Assembly: GCF_006345805.1 (NCBI RefSeq)
Contig: NC_043011.1
Span: 13,838,464-13,902,463 of the forward strand
Origin: Octopus sinensis
Taxonomy: Eukaryota
Length of the DNA: 64,000 nucleotides
Direction: 5' to 3'
The notes under the pieces were generated by a model, which did not search any database, had not been told where the DNA came from, and saw only the letters and a list, made by a program, of their open reading frames with translations. This document shows positions 1 through 23,200 of the stretch, one piece after another. Each line of letters starts with the position of its first letter. Position 1 is the stretch's first letter. The position numbers and the translations under genes were made by a program.

Positions 1-242
1 TGGGGATGTAAACACACCAACACCTGTTGTCAGGAGGTGTTGTGAGGCAGACAAACACACACATAGATATATATACCTATTATGGGCTTCTTTCAGTTTC
101 TGTCTACCATATCCACTCACAAGGCTTTGGTTGGCCTGAGGCTGCAGTAAAAGACTCTCGCCTAAGGTATCACTCAGTGGGACTGACCCCCAGAACCATG
201 TAGTTAGGAAGCAAACTGCTTACTACACGAGCCATGCCTGCA
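1..242 (-). mobile_element. tRNA-derived SINE family A, partial diverged copy
   Basis: Reverse complement of the head and core seen in the 20773 and 21786 copies. Confidence 0.8.
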
Positions 243-259
243 CTTATGTATTTTATACT

Positions 260-486
260 TTAACCCTTTAGCATTTAAACCAGCTATATCCGGTCAAAAT
301 TTTCAACCTATTTTAAGTTCAAACACGCCAGATCCAGCCTCTCGCACCCATCCTACAATGTCATTCAGCAAATAACATTCAGATCATCCAAATTGCAAAG
401 CTACAAGATAATGCAAGATTAATTCAGAACAACTTGAAGAAATAAGTATTATATTTGACAGAGCAATTTGAACACTAAAAGGTTAA
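260..486. mobile_element. TTAA-flanked piggyBac-type MITE (related copies at about 15020-15206, 19302-19520, 23180-23398, 27239-27466, 30451-31025)
   Basis: TTAA-CCCTTTAG ... CTAAA(A/G)GG-TTAA termini and a shared internal sequence. Confidence 0.7.
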
Positions 487-769
487 ATCTACATATTTGA
501 AGTATTACTGTTTATTTCTTTAGAAAATGTAATGACATTCATGTTTGGTATTGGTGTTCTGCTTCACTGGTGTCTGTGTTGTATTTTAAATTTGAGGCCA
601 TCATATGATTCTTGAGCGTTTTTATTTCCTTCATTGTCCTGATAGCTTTGTCTTCAATGTCTTCAACTCTTGCTTAATGTTTTGTTTGTCCCTAATGACA
701 GCAAAACAAAATGTTGGCTGTGATCGACAGCATAGTGTGGAGCCCATCTCCTTATCTAATATTGTTTGC

Positions 770-1066
770 TATCGAAATCGATCAAAATCAATGGAAATTG
801 TAGTTGTGATACCAGTGCCGATGGCACGTAAGAGAACCATCCAAACATGACCGTTGCCAGCCTCGTCTGGCACCTGTGCCAGTGTCACGTAAAAAGCACC
901 CACTACACTCACGGAGTGGTTGGCGTTAGGAAGGGCATCCAGCTGTAGAAACACTGCCAGATCAGACTGGAGCCTGGTGCAGCCTCCTGGCTTCCCAGAT
1001 TCCGGTCAAACCGTCCAACCCATGCTAGCATGGAAAATGGACGTTAAACAATGATGATGATGATGA
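770..1066 (+). mobile_element. 5'-truncated RTE-LINE 3'UTR element (family C)
   Basis: Core AGGAAGGGCATCCAGCTGTAGAAAC and a (GAT)n tail; same family as 8679, 20117, 30015, 31238, 34795, 35607 and 52728. Confidence 0.75.
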
Positions 1067-2732
1067 TATATGATGGGCTTCTTTCAATATCTGTCTACCA
1101 AATACACTCACAAGGCTTTGGTTTGCCCAAGGCTGGACTGAACCTGGAAGCCATCATTCCAACCACTCTGGTCATAAAATGACAAAAAGACCCAAAAAAA
1201 AAGGTCTCCAAATTTGAGGTCAGGATTTTTAATCTTGCCTAAATATACCACAAGACCATATTATTGAAATGCAAGTGATATTCTCATAGTCTGATGTGAT
1301 ACTTTTACTCTTGAGCTCATGAAACTTCCTCATAAACACATATATATTCATGCATAAAAGGAACTATGTACTCAAGAAATTCATCTGCAATTACATCCTG
1401 TCTTCTACATGTGTCCACACCTACATGAAGGCACTTCTTCGAGAAAGAAATGACCTGACCCATTACACTTAGAAATCCTTGCAGTATGGAAAACAGACAT
1501 AAAAAGATGATGATCATCATTGTTGTAGCAACTTTCTTCATGTTGGCATGAAATACACAGGCTTCTCGGGGTAGCATTCTATGGCCAGATGCCCATCCTG
1601 ATTCTAACCTATATTTGTTTCCATCTCTCTCTTGGGACAAATATATTCAGTCCATTGCATATCGACTGTTTGCAAATTTTTTGCACCTGAGATTATTTTG
1701 TGTCTCTAAAAGCCACTATTTGACCTTGCATTAAATATTGCTGTCATCTTTGAGTGTCTTGTTCGATTGAATACCTCGCATTGAATATCACTGTCAAGTT
1801 GTTAAGATAGTGGTTACTTTTCTTTCTACTGCTGCATCATGGAAATGTATCTTTGTTGTGTCTTTCCCATATTTTCATGATCATTAATCACACCTAACGA
1901 AGATAAATTCTATAATTAATCCAAGAAAAAGAAATGTCTGTACACTAAGAAATATCAAGCTATTCTGACATTGATGAGACAGTTACATAATACAAGAAAC
2001 CATGTATTTGAAATACTGTAACATTCTATTTGTGAAGCTCATAAATACATCTTATAGGATCCTCACTTAACATTGGCCATTTATTTTAATTAACAACCGT
2101 TGCATTGTTTTAGAATTCTGTCTCTTTCTTAAACTACCTGTTCTCAGTTTTGCTCTTAAGTCTACATTGTACAAACAGCATCATAGTTCAAGCCTCATAT
2201 AATTTGCTTTATGCGGAAAGGAAACAAACCTTTGTTGTCAGCAGTAATAATTAACAATAATTTCGTGCCCCTCTTGTTCTAATTAGATTAATATGTATTA
2301 GAAATTATTACCCTGAGTCATGGATTTTTAATCTATAAGCTGTTTGTGTGATTTACTCCAGTGCACTAAAGCTAACATAAAAATTACAAAGTTCTATTTT
2401 GCTATTAACTAATATGATTGTGACTTTGTAATGCTTAAGCTTTGAGTAAATTCCTGGGCAACTTAAGATTAGCTTTTTTTTTCTGTTTTTATGACTATTT
2501 CCCCCTCTAGTGTGATTTTAAAATTTGTGAACTTAAATATAAGTGTATTATTACACATCATCCCCTTCCAATTGTGGATTGTGGGAGTAGCACCCAATTT
2601 TTATTTGGTCAAGTGGTGTAATATAACTTGATCAATTGTCCAGCACCTTAAATTCTGGAATTTATTGTGTAGTGTTATGTGTTGTATTAAAATGTTAATT
2701 TTGTATGTGTAATATTGCAAGTCAAGTCTATT

Positions 2733-2749
2733 TATATATATATATATAT

Positions 2750-2781
<32 letters not shown>

Positions 2782-2800
2782 ATATAATATTATATTATAT
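2733..2800. repeat. (TA)n microsatellite
   Basis: Interrupted TA dinucleotide run. Confidence 0.9.
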
Positions 2801-2893
2801 ATTTGTAAAATATTTTTTTCTTTTTCCCTTATTGTTTTCCAATTTAGAATATTTGTTCACTGAATAGTTTTTTTACATTTGCAATTATTTCAG

Positions 2894-13329
<10,436 letters not shown>

Positions 13330-13349
13330 CTCAGGTAAATAACTTCTTA

Positions 13350-13553
13350 GAGTAGCGAGCTGGCAGAAGCGTTAGCACGCCGGGCGAAATGCCTACCGGT
13401 ATTTCGTCTGCCGTTACGTTGCGAGTTCAAATTCCACCGGGGTCGATAAATTAAGTACCAGTTACGCACTGGGGTCGATGTAATCGACTTATTACCTATG
13501 TCTGTCCTTGTTTGCCCGCTCTATGTTTAGCCTCTTGTGGATAATAAAGAAAT
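13350..13553 (+). mobile_element. SINE family B inserted in the ILF2 3'UTR intron, 17-bp TSD
   Basis: TSD AGGTAAATAACTTCTTA at 13333-13349 and 13554-13570. Confidence 0.9.
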
Positions 13554-13635
13554 AGGTAAATAACTTCTTACTCATCTCTTTATCTAATTTCATTTTATGA
13601 AATTATGAAGGACAGCTTACTTTAAAATAGCCTTT

Positions 13636-13863
13636 TTAACCCTTTTGTTATCAGCCCGGCTGCAACCGGCCCTAGCTCTGAGTACAAATGTCTTGTTTTC
13701 ATAAGTTCTGAATTAAAATCTTCCAGCAAACTTTATTCACAATATATGTTCCTAACACTAGCTGAATGATAACTAAGTTATTTTATTAAATTCCTTGTTA
13801 TATTTAGAGTAATTGAAAGAAACACAGAGCATCTCAAAATAAATACAGTAACGAAAGGGTTAA
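13636..13863. mobile_element. TTAA-flanked piggyBac-type MITE, second subfamily (also 15720-15939 and 29510-29737)
   Basis: TTAA-CCCTTT(C/T)GTTA ... TAA(C/T)GAAAGGG-TTAA; three similar copies of about 225 bp. Confidence 0.8.
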
Positions 13864-14121
13864 AGAGAAACCCAGTTTCTTTCTAACACCAGAAGACATT
13901 CTGAGACTGCTTATGTATAATTTAGTTTTTTTTTTTAAGAGGTGGTGAAAGTTTCCTTTTGTTTAATATACCTGTCACATGTAAATAATTACTTTTTCAG
14001 TCGCATTTTATTATTTGACAGATGCTGATTTATTTTTCTCTTTTTTGCAGACATTTTGGTGTTAAACTAGTTAGCAGTTGAGAAACTCATCAGTATTCCA
14101 CCATCATTTTATTCATTTCAA

Positions 14122-14127
14122 AATAAA
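14122..14127 (+). terminator. Putative ILF2 polyadenylation signal
   Basis: AATAAA in the predicted terminal UTR exon, followed by a GT/T-rich tract at about 14147-14180. Confidence 0.55.
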
Positions 14128-14244
14128 CATTAGTTCATTTTATCCAGGTTGTTTGTTGGGTTTTTTTTTTTTTCTTCTTTTAGATTCTACCCTTGTTTTA
14201 AGTAATTAAATATAAACAGCTCAACAATAGATTGCAAAAATGTG

Positions 14245-14250
14245 TTTATT
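14245..14250 (-). terminator. Putative MCMBP polyadenylation signal
   Basis: AATAAA on the minus strand 10 nt after the stop codon; a second minus-strand AATAAA lies at 14108-14113. Confidence 0.45.
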
Positions 14251-14260
14251 AAGAATATTT

Positions 14261-17200
14261 CTAATGAGGTTGAGGTGTAGGGGTTTGCTGTTGTACTCGT
14301 TCTCTGCGTGAGGTTTCTAGAACTTTGGCACGTTGCCACACTTCTGTTGTTGGACCAGGAATGCCCCAACTCATAGTGAGAAGTCTGAAAAGAAAAGAAA
14401 TTACTTAGTAGTAGTCTAAACATTCATACAATATTTCGGATCTTTTCGGCAGTTTTTAACATAATTTCTAGGTAACTAAAAATGTTTAAATAAACTTTGT
14501 ATACTGGTAGAATGTGTTTATAAAACATCTTTTTCTCTTGGCTTTATTGAGAAAATTCTATAGTTTGTAAGATATTTGTTGTTTTTTTTCTTCAATTTCC
14601 GCAATTTCAACCAACTGCTGACGTCCATTGAGGTAAACAACATTATGTCCCTCGTTTGAAAAACAGATTGGGTTTATTTACATTTCTAAAGAAAAAAAGA
14701 TACCCTTCCCCCCAACCCTAAAACAGATTGAAATGCAATAGATTGATACTAGGGTCATAATTATGGGTGACAATTTCATATGACACCACTAGAAAAAAAC
14801 TGCTGTTCAAACCGAAAATATCCCAATATTTCTTTAAGAATACTACAAAGGTGTTACATACCGTGTAAGATTAAGTAAAGAATGTAATCCATCTTCAGTA
14901 ATACTTTTACTGTCATTTTTTCGCATACTAATGAAATCATTCTGAACATACTAGGGAAATAGAAAAACAATTAAATTAGTTTGAATTTTTTTTTTTTATT
15001 CTCAAGTGTCTAAGAAAGTAAACTTTTTAGTGTTCAGATTACTCTGTCAAATGCAATGCTTTATTTCTATTCAGATTGTTTTGACTAATCATGCATTATC
15101 TTATAACATAGAGGTTTTGATGATGTGATTGTTTACTTTTAAGGTGTGAGAGGTTAGTTGTAGAACATTTGAGTTGGATTTGGTCAGTTTAAATGTTAAA
15201 GAGTTAATTATCATTTTCTTACCTGTTCAAATTCCTTATTTAGAGTATATTCCATCATTTTCACCAAACCAAGGTAGATTTGGAATTTTTTTACCAGGTT
15301 TGGAGTCAGTTCATTATTCACACGAGAAAAATAACTGTCCAAGTCTTCATATCTTATGCTAATGTCAAGTGGAATGTGAACATCTGCCTAAAGAAATGAA
15401 CAGAAGATTAAGAAATTATAGGCGTCAGGGCCAGTACACAACTTACATTTATATGCTCATTTTAATGACCACCACCCCATGCTGGCAATGGCTTGAAATT
15501 GATTTTGAGGCAAAAGTTTAGATTCTCTTTCTGTCACTATTTACATGTTATTTTAAGGGAACTTTTTCCCCACTGGTTTTTAAAACTGTAGCTTATACCA
15601 ACAATAGGCTGCTTACAATTTCCTTGAATCAAATTCACTCATAAGGTATTGGGGCAGCCAAAGATAGTTACAAAATAGCCCAAGGTGCTGCACAACAGAA
15701 TTGAGCCTGAAGACACTTCTTAACCCTTTCGTTACCAACCCAGCTCTGGCTCTGTAGTACAAATGTCTTGTTTTCATAAGTTTTGAGTTAAAATCTTCCA
15801 CCAAACCTTAGTCACAATTTATGTTCCTAACACTAGCTGAATGATGATTAAACTATTCTACTAAATTCTTTGTTATATTTAAAATTAATTGAAAGTAACA
15901 CAGAGCATCTCAAAATAAATACGGTAATGAAAGGGTTAAACAATCCAGCTGATTGAAAGAGAAAATCATTAATGTCTGCATCCTCTACAGAGAGATTACT
16001 TACAGGTAAAATAGATTTTCCTTCAGAAATGCAAAGGACTTCAATATTAGATTCATATTCTCGTTGGTAGAAGCCAAAATCATACTCTATCTTCTGAAAG
16101 CGAATAACATTTTCTAATGCTTTGATGTTTTTATGACCTGAAAAATATATTAAAAAAAGATTTCTAGCAAATACTCAGAGAATAAGACAAAACTGGAATG
16201 AAATACAACTATAACTTGAAAACTTACCTTCAACATTGAGCTGCCCAGCTTCTAGTTGTGTTTCATCAAGTATGAAATGAGTCTGTTTGCTCATTTGTAA
16301 TACACCTGTCTTTAAACGATTCTTGGAATAGTCTTTCTGAGGGCTGAACAGCTTGCTGTTGAGATAACTCAGGCTCAACGGCAGCATGTAACACTGGAAA
16401 ATAGATTGCAAATGTTTAGATTTGAAGAATTATTTTAAAACCTAGAATACACAGGCATGGCTATACGGTAAGAAATTTGCTTCCCTACCACACGGTTCCA
16501 GTTTCGGTCCCACTGCATAGCACCTTGGGCAAGTGTTGTCTTCTATAGCCTCAAGTTGACCCAAAGCCTTGAGAGTGAATTTGGTAGACAGAAACTGAAA
16601 GAAGCCCGTCATATGTTTGTCCCCAACCACCACTTGACAACTGGTGTTGGTGTGCTTCTGCCTCCATAACTTAGCAGTTTGACAAAAGAGACTGATAGAA
16701 TAAGTACCAGGTTTAATAAAATAAGTCCTGAGATTGATTTTGTTTGACTACTTCAAGGCAGTACCCCAACATAGTCAAATGACAAACAAATAAAAGTATT
16801 TCAAACCATTAAAAAGTTTAAAACTGAACAACAGAGCCAAAATCACCATGGCAAATTTTTTTTCTGTAAACTCCAAATGAGATTTTAGACCAGTGCTTTT
16901 CAACCTTTTTGCTGGAGTGGAACCCCAAGGAAACATTCCACTGGCTCGAGGAACCCCTGTGCAATAATTTAATTGTCTTATGCACACATATCTGCACAGG
17001 AGAATTAAAAATTACTGCCGATTTTAGCAGTTTTGTAACTTCTTGCAGAACCCTGGTTGAAAACCACTGTTTTAGACCATAATGACCCATGCAAGCATGG
17101 AAAAGCAGGCTTAAAATAATAATTACAATTAATTAATGTGATCTAATTACCTTGGTAACAAGGGAAGAAATAAACTGGTGCAGCAGTTTGGCATATCCAA

Positions 17201-20200
17201 GGGATGTGGGAACTCGGCTCAGATTTAAAGAGAGTTTACCAACAGGAAGAAGGCCGGATGAAAAGTAACTGAAATTTAAAGTTAAGCAAGGTTTTTATAT
17301 TCTAAAGTTTGGAGTAGAAAAAAAATTCAAAATAACATACATTTGCAGTAGTATGGGGACATGTGCTGTAACAGTTTGTTGGTGATTCCCTACTGCTCTT
17401 TGTGGATGATGCTTTTGCACCACTCAGGCGACAACCCTCCAACCCATGGGTCTGTTTGGGTAGTCATTGCTGGTAAGGGTTTTATGAGGCTGGAGTACAA
17501 ATCCCGGATCTTTTCGGTTCGAGAACGTCAGTTTTTAAAAATAATATCCACATAACTAAACACTGGTAGAATGTGTTTATAAAACATCTTTTTCTCTTGG
17601 CTTTATTGAGAAAATTCTATAGTTTGTAAGATATTTGTTGTTTTTTTTCTGCAATTTCAATGCAAATTCAATGACGTCTATTGAGGGGAAAACATTCTGT
17701 GCCGTATGAAAATGTCCCTCGTTTAAGAAACAGATTGGGTTTATTTACATTTGTGAAGAAAAAAAGATACCCTTCCCCCTACCCTAACCCTAAAATAGAT
17801 TGAAATGCAATAGATCGATACTAAGGTCATAATTATGGGTTACAATTTCATATGACACCGCTAGAAAAAACTGCCGTTCAAACCGAAAAGATCCCAAATC
17901 CTACTGCAACTTCTTTTAGTTGCTTTCATGACATGTGGAGGAAATGTTGAGTGTATTCTTTGGCATGCTACTCCCTGTAAAGCACTAGAGTTATGTGAAA
18001 TAAATGAAGTGTTTTGCTCAAGAACACACCATGCTACTGGCAACTGAGAGTGCAATACACTGAAGGAAGTAAATGAGAGAGACGCATTCAGTGTGGTTGC
18101 ATACTATGTGCAGAGTAAATGAAAGAGAAATGTTCCATTGACACAAACATTGAAGAGCTAAATGACACAGGTAAGTTTCATATGGTCATGGAGAGTAGTA
18201 TTCCATAAATATCTTGGTGGGTGGAAGATATTAAGCGACTAGAATCCTTCGATCACCTGTCTAAGTCGCATCCTTTGTGTCTGATGGCATCACTTTGTCT
18301 CCAACAATTGGTGCGACACCAGTGCAGAATCACCTCCCTCCGACAAGTCATCCTAACGAGACGTCTGCATTGGCTGGGTCATGCCCTCCGTTGTCAACCA
18401 GGAGAATTCATCTACGAAGCAATTGCCCCAGCTCCCCTTCAGGGTTGGCGAAAGCGACGTGGTGGACAACAAAAAACCTGGCTGATGACAGTCAAGGCTG
18501 ATCTGGAACCCAACCTAGGCCCCCATATCCACGACGTTCGCCGCTGGAATAAGGAGTGGTTGGAGATCATGCGGTCGTTAGCCTCAAATCGCCAGGTCTG
18601 GTCAGCATTTGTGAGAGATGCAGCATTGAGGATGAATGAAGCCAGCTCAACCCACCCTAGGTGAATGCTGTCTCAAGTCAAGTCAAGTCAAAGTAGTATT
18701 CCATAAAGGTGAGAATATGACTTATGTGGTGGCATACATACATGGAGGAAATTAAATGACAGAGGAGATATTCTGCAGCCAAACTGTCTCCAAGTGTCAC
18801 CTGTTGCAACAGTTCCAAAAGACGTCTTCGGAGTGTCTTCAGATCTTCTCCAACTTCTGCAAGAACTGAAAAACAAACAATATTAAATAGAATACATGTA
18901 ACATTAGATGACCATAAACATTAACAAAAAGGATTGTATGCAATTAGAGTGGAAATGATAAATTTGTAATATACACAAAATACATTTAGAGAAAATATAT
19001 CAGAATAATTTCAAAAAACTATATAAATATATAATATTAAACAATGAATCCACTTAATGTGGACAAGAACACTGACCCAAACATCAGACCAAATTAAATG
19101 CTTTAGTAATCAAATATTTCATGAAATACACTAACCAAGTATTTTAATTAATTTTTTTTTTTTTTATAATAACTTGGAGAAGTAACTTTTCATTAAAATG
19201 GAGTTTGAAACAAGTTAAAGTTTTCAACATAAAATTGTGACAAGGATTTAATCTAAACATGAACCACTGTAAAATGGATGATTTATTTTTTTTTTTTCTT
19301 TTTAACCCTTTAGTGTTTGCATTATTCTTCCAAAATTAATGCTTTTTCATCTACATTGTTTTGAACTAATCATGCATTATCTTGTAGTTATGAGATTTTG
19401 ATGAGGTAGCTGTTAATTTTTAAAACGATATTGTAGGGCAGGTGTGAGAGACCAGATCTGGCCAGTTTGAACAAAAAACAGGCAGAATACTTTTGGCCGG
19501 TTTAAATGCTAAAAGGTTAAATCAGAAAACCAGGTGCATATTAATGTGATATATAAAAAAAGACAAAGCTATTGGCAAACTGCAGTTCATAATTCAACCA
19601 AAATACTGAGGTGAACTTTCATGAACTCTGCTTATTAATTGGAAAGCAGAAGACTTTCCTCCTCAGAGTAGTAGTGTTTCTGTGTCTGAAGCCTCAAAAG
19701 GAAGATATTAAGTTACAAATTATGTTCGTGTTTATATAAATTATTTCAGAAGAACTCTCAAGTTGCTTATTAAGAGATTCTATTTCTTTCTGAAAAGCAG
19801 CTAGCATGTTTAGGATTTATTTTTCTTCAACTGTCAAGAAATAAGAGGGAATCAAGAGCTACTAATCAATTGTTGAGGCTGGTGTAAACCCGTACTACTC
19901 ATATGAGGTGGGCCTGTGGAGACTGAAAAGACAGACAGGGAATAGGCAAATTGTTGTGTTTGATGTAATTAAGACAGATTTAAAATTGTCCAGCAACATC
20001 ATGAAGAAAGAACGATATGAGTGCAAACTCTAGTCTTCTTACTAATGAAGCAGTAGATAATAGGGTAAACCACAGATTACTTAATCTGCTTTGATCTATT
20101 TTTGTTATTTTAAACAGCCGCCTGACTGGCGTCCGTGTCGGTGACACGTAAAAGCACCAACCGATCGTGGCCATTTGCACGTAAAAAACACCCACTACAC

Positions 20201-23200
20201 TCACGGAGTGGTTGGCATTAGGAAGGGCATCCAGCTGTAGAAACATTGCCAAATCAGACTAGAGCCTGGTGCAGCCTCCGTGGCTTACCAGACCCCGGTC
20301 GAACCGTCCAACCTATGCTAACATGGAAAACGGACATTAAATGATGATGATGATCCAATTAGCATGGTACTAAACAATATTAGTCAGTGAGGATAATAAA
20401 CAATAGGATTAACCAAACATTAGTAGTATTAACAAGATCAACAAACACTAATAGTGGTTTTTATAGAGAAAGTCAGAGTAAACAGAAATACAAACTTTTT
20501 TCTTGACTATCTTTGTCAAGAGAATTAGTAAGCCAAGGATTGTTATGGTTCACTTTGTTGACCATCACTGCATGTATTCGTGGAACCAGAGATGGTGGTG
20601 GTAAATGTTGTTCAACAGCTGTAGAATTCATTCCTTCTTCAATGTCACCTGAGCTAAAAATACAGCAAAGGAGAAGTTGAAAGATCTATTATGGAAAAGC
20701 AAAAGAATTTCTGCCGGAAAATACAGGAAAAAGAAAAAAAAACCAACAAGTAAAAAAGAAAAAAAAACAAACGCAGGAGTGGCTGTGTGGTAAGTAGCTT
20801 GTTTACCAACCACATGGTTCCGGGTTCAGTCCCACTGCGTGGCACCTTGGGCAAGTGTCTTCTACTATAGCCTCGGGCCGACCAAAGCCTTGTGAGTGGA
20901 TTTGGTAGACAGAAACTGAAAGAAGCCCGTCGTATATATGTATATATATATATATGTGTGTGTGTGTTTGTCCCCCTAGCATTGCTTGACAACCGATGCT
21001 GGTGTGTTTATGTCCCTGTCACTTAGTGGTTCGGCAAAAGAGACCGATAGAATAAGTACTGGGCTTACAAAGAATAAGTCCTGAGGTCGATTTGCTCGAC
21101 TAAAGGCGGTGCTCCAGCATGGCCGCAGTCAAATGACTGAAACAAGTAAAAGAGAGAGTAAAGAGTAAACGACTTACAAGTCTGATGAATCAGCTACCAT
21201 GGAAGGGTCTATAGATAATATACCTATCACTTCAAGCATATCATTTACTTTCAAGGTTTCAATTTTGTCATAAATCTACAAAAAATGCAAATATTTAGTT
21301 TATTAGGTTGTAAAGAAAATGTAACCAAAAATGTCGCAAGCATCAAATTCTGCCAGCATTCGAAAAACAAAAACACAAATCTCTCCCAATTGTATTTAAC
21401 AAGCTCCATCATGTTTTGAGGGGAAAAAAGCAACAAACACACACATTTACCCAAAGTTAATTTTGCTGAGTGGTTTATAATCCATATATTGTCTCATCCT
21501 ATTCCATTCAATATGTGTCTTTATTTAACTATCGTTATGAGCTAGTGTCTTCTGTTAAATTTTTATGTTATTTACCAAAGAAGGCAGGGACTTATATAAT
21601 AGTATAATTAGATTTATATTATTATGTAAATAAATCAAAAAGTTTAGAATAAAGAACAAAATTCATTACAATTTAAATTTTAAATAAAATACTAATTTCA
21701 TTCATTCACCCTAGTAGTAAAACTAATATCTTATTTCCAATTTAAATTGTAAGGAATTTTGTTCCTTGTGCTAAATTTATTTATAGGCGCAGGAGTGGCT
21801 GTGTGGTAAGTAGCTTGCTAACCAAGCACATGGTTCCGGGTTCAGTCCCACTGCGTGGCACCTTGGGCAAGTGTCTTCTACTATAGCCTCGGGCCGACCA
21901 AAGCCTTGTGAGTGGATTTGGTAGACGGAAACTGAAAGAAGCCCGTTGTATATATGTATATATATATATATGTGTGTGTGTATGTGTGTTTCTGTGTTTG
22001 TCCTCCTAGCATTGCTTGACAACCGATGCTGGTGTGTTTATGTCCCCGTCACTTAGCGGTTCGGCAAAAGAGACCGATAAAATAAGTACTGGGCTTACAA
22101 AGAATAAGTCCTGGGGTCGATTTGCTCGACTAAAGGCGGTGCTCCAGCATGGCCGCATTCAAATGACTGAAACAAGTAAAAGAGTATACACAATTATATA
22201 TGTATGTGCATGTGTGTGTGCATGTACATACCAAGTAATTGAAGATATTCAACAAAACATCTACTATATAAATGTGAGGGTATGTGGTTATGTATATATG
22301 CGTTTAGCCCCTAAAGGCCCTGAAATGGTACATCCTCAAAAAAAATGAATTTTGATTTTCTAAATCTGTGTCCCAAAGAAGTTGTCCGTAAATAATAATC
22401 AAAACATAATTTTCTGTGAGAAATAACTTAACTTTTAGATTGACAAATCTCCCACTCTCTATATATCATCACGTTTTCTCTCTTTTATGCTTTCCCCCTC
22501 TCTATATATTTACCACATTCTTTATCACTCTTTTTGTATATAAAATAATAATAATGAAATTATTGTATACAGTGCTCAGGTGCACCACAACTTGTCAAAA
22601 AGTGCATATAAAGCATATGCAGTAATGTACAAATGTCTGGAAAGCGAACAGTGTATGAGTCAGATACATGCTTGTGTGTGTATGGAGGGGAGAAAATCAG
22701 GTGTAGTGTTGGAAAATATCAGGAAGCATGGAAGTTTTGAAAGATGCAGTGCTCCGACAACTAACAACTGATGCCAGCAGTCTGTTCCATGCTTCAGCAA
22801 CTCTTAGCGTGAAAAAATGTTTCCGAAAGTCATGGGAGCTGTGCTGTTTTCTGACTTTATATACATGTCCACGGGTGTTAGACAGGTGGAGTTTGAAAAG
22901 GTGCTCAGAGTTATTGTTAGTAAGATGGTTAATAATTTTATGGGCGTCTGCCAAGTCAGTTGCCAGACGTCGGAGTTTCAATGTGTCCATGCCCCAGGGA
23001 AGTAAGGTGTTTTATTTCTCACACATTCTGTCCCCATCTCTCTTTTTTCATTACATAATTGCTTTCATTTTGTTTAAAACTTGTGTTATAATGTTTACTT
23101 CCATTTTATGATTGATAGCTATCACACAAAAAATGCTAGCTTCCAAATTCTGTTCTCAGATTGGGTAAAATATCAAACTTTAACCCATTAGTGTTTAAAC

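Larger units (their letters stand above)
13335..14050 (+). other. ILF2: Predicted ILF2 3'UTR intron
   Basis: CAG|GTAAAT donor 5 nt after the stop codon; strong polypyrimidine acceptor ttttttctcttttttgcag ending 14050; AATAAA at 14122-14127 in the following exon. Confidence 0.65.

Noticed and set aside
1640-2700. Repeat-poor stretch upstream of the first visible ILF2 exon as the ATG exon or an ncRNA
   Set aside because: No convincing ATG-plus-donor exon, promoter-like CpG cluster or RNA motif could be supported by eye.
20773-20850. tRNA gene
   Set aside because: A/B-box-like motifs belong to the SINE A head; no convincing cloverleaf, and the sequence continues into the SINE core in many copies.
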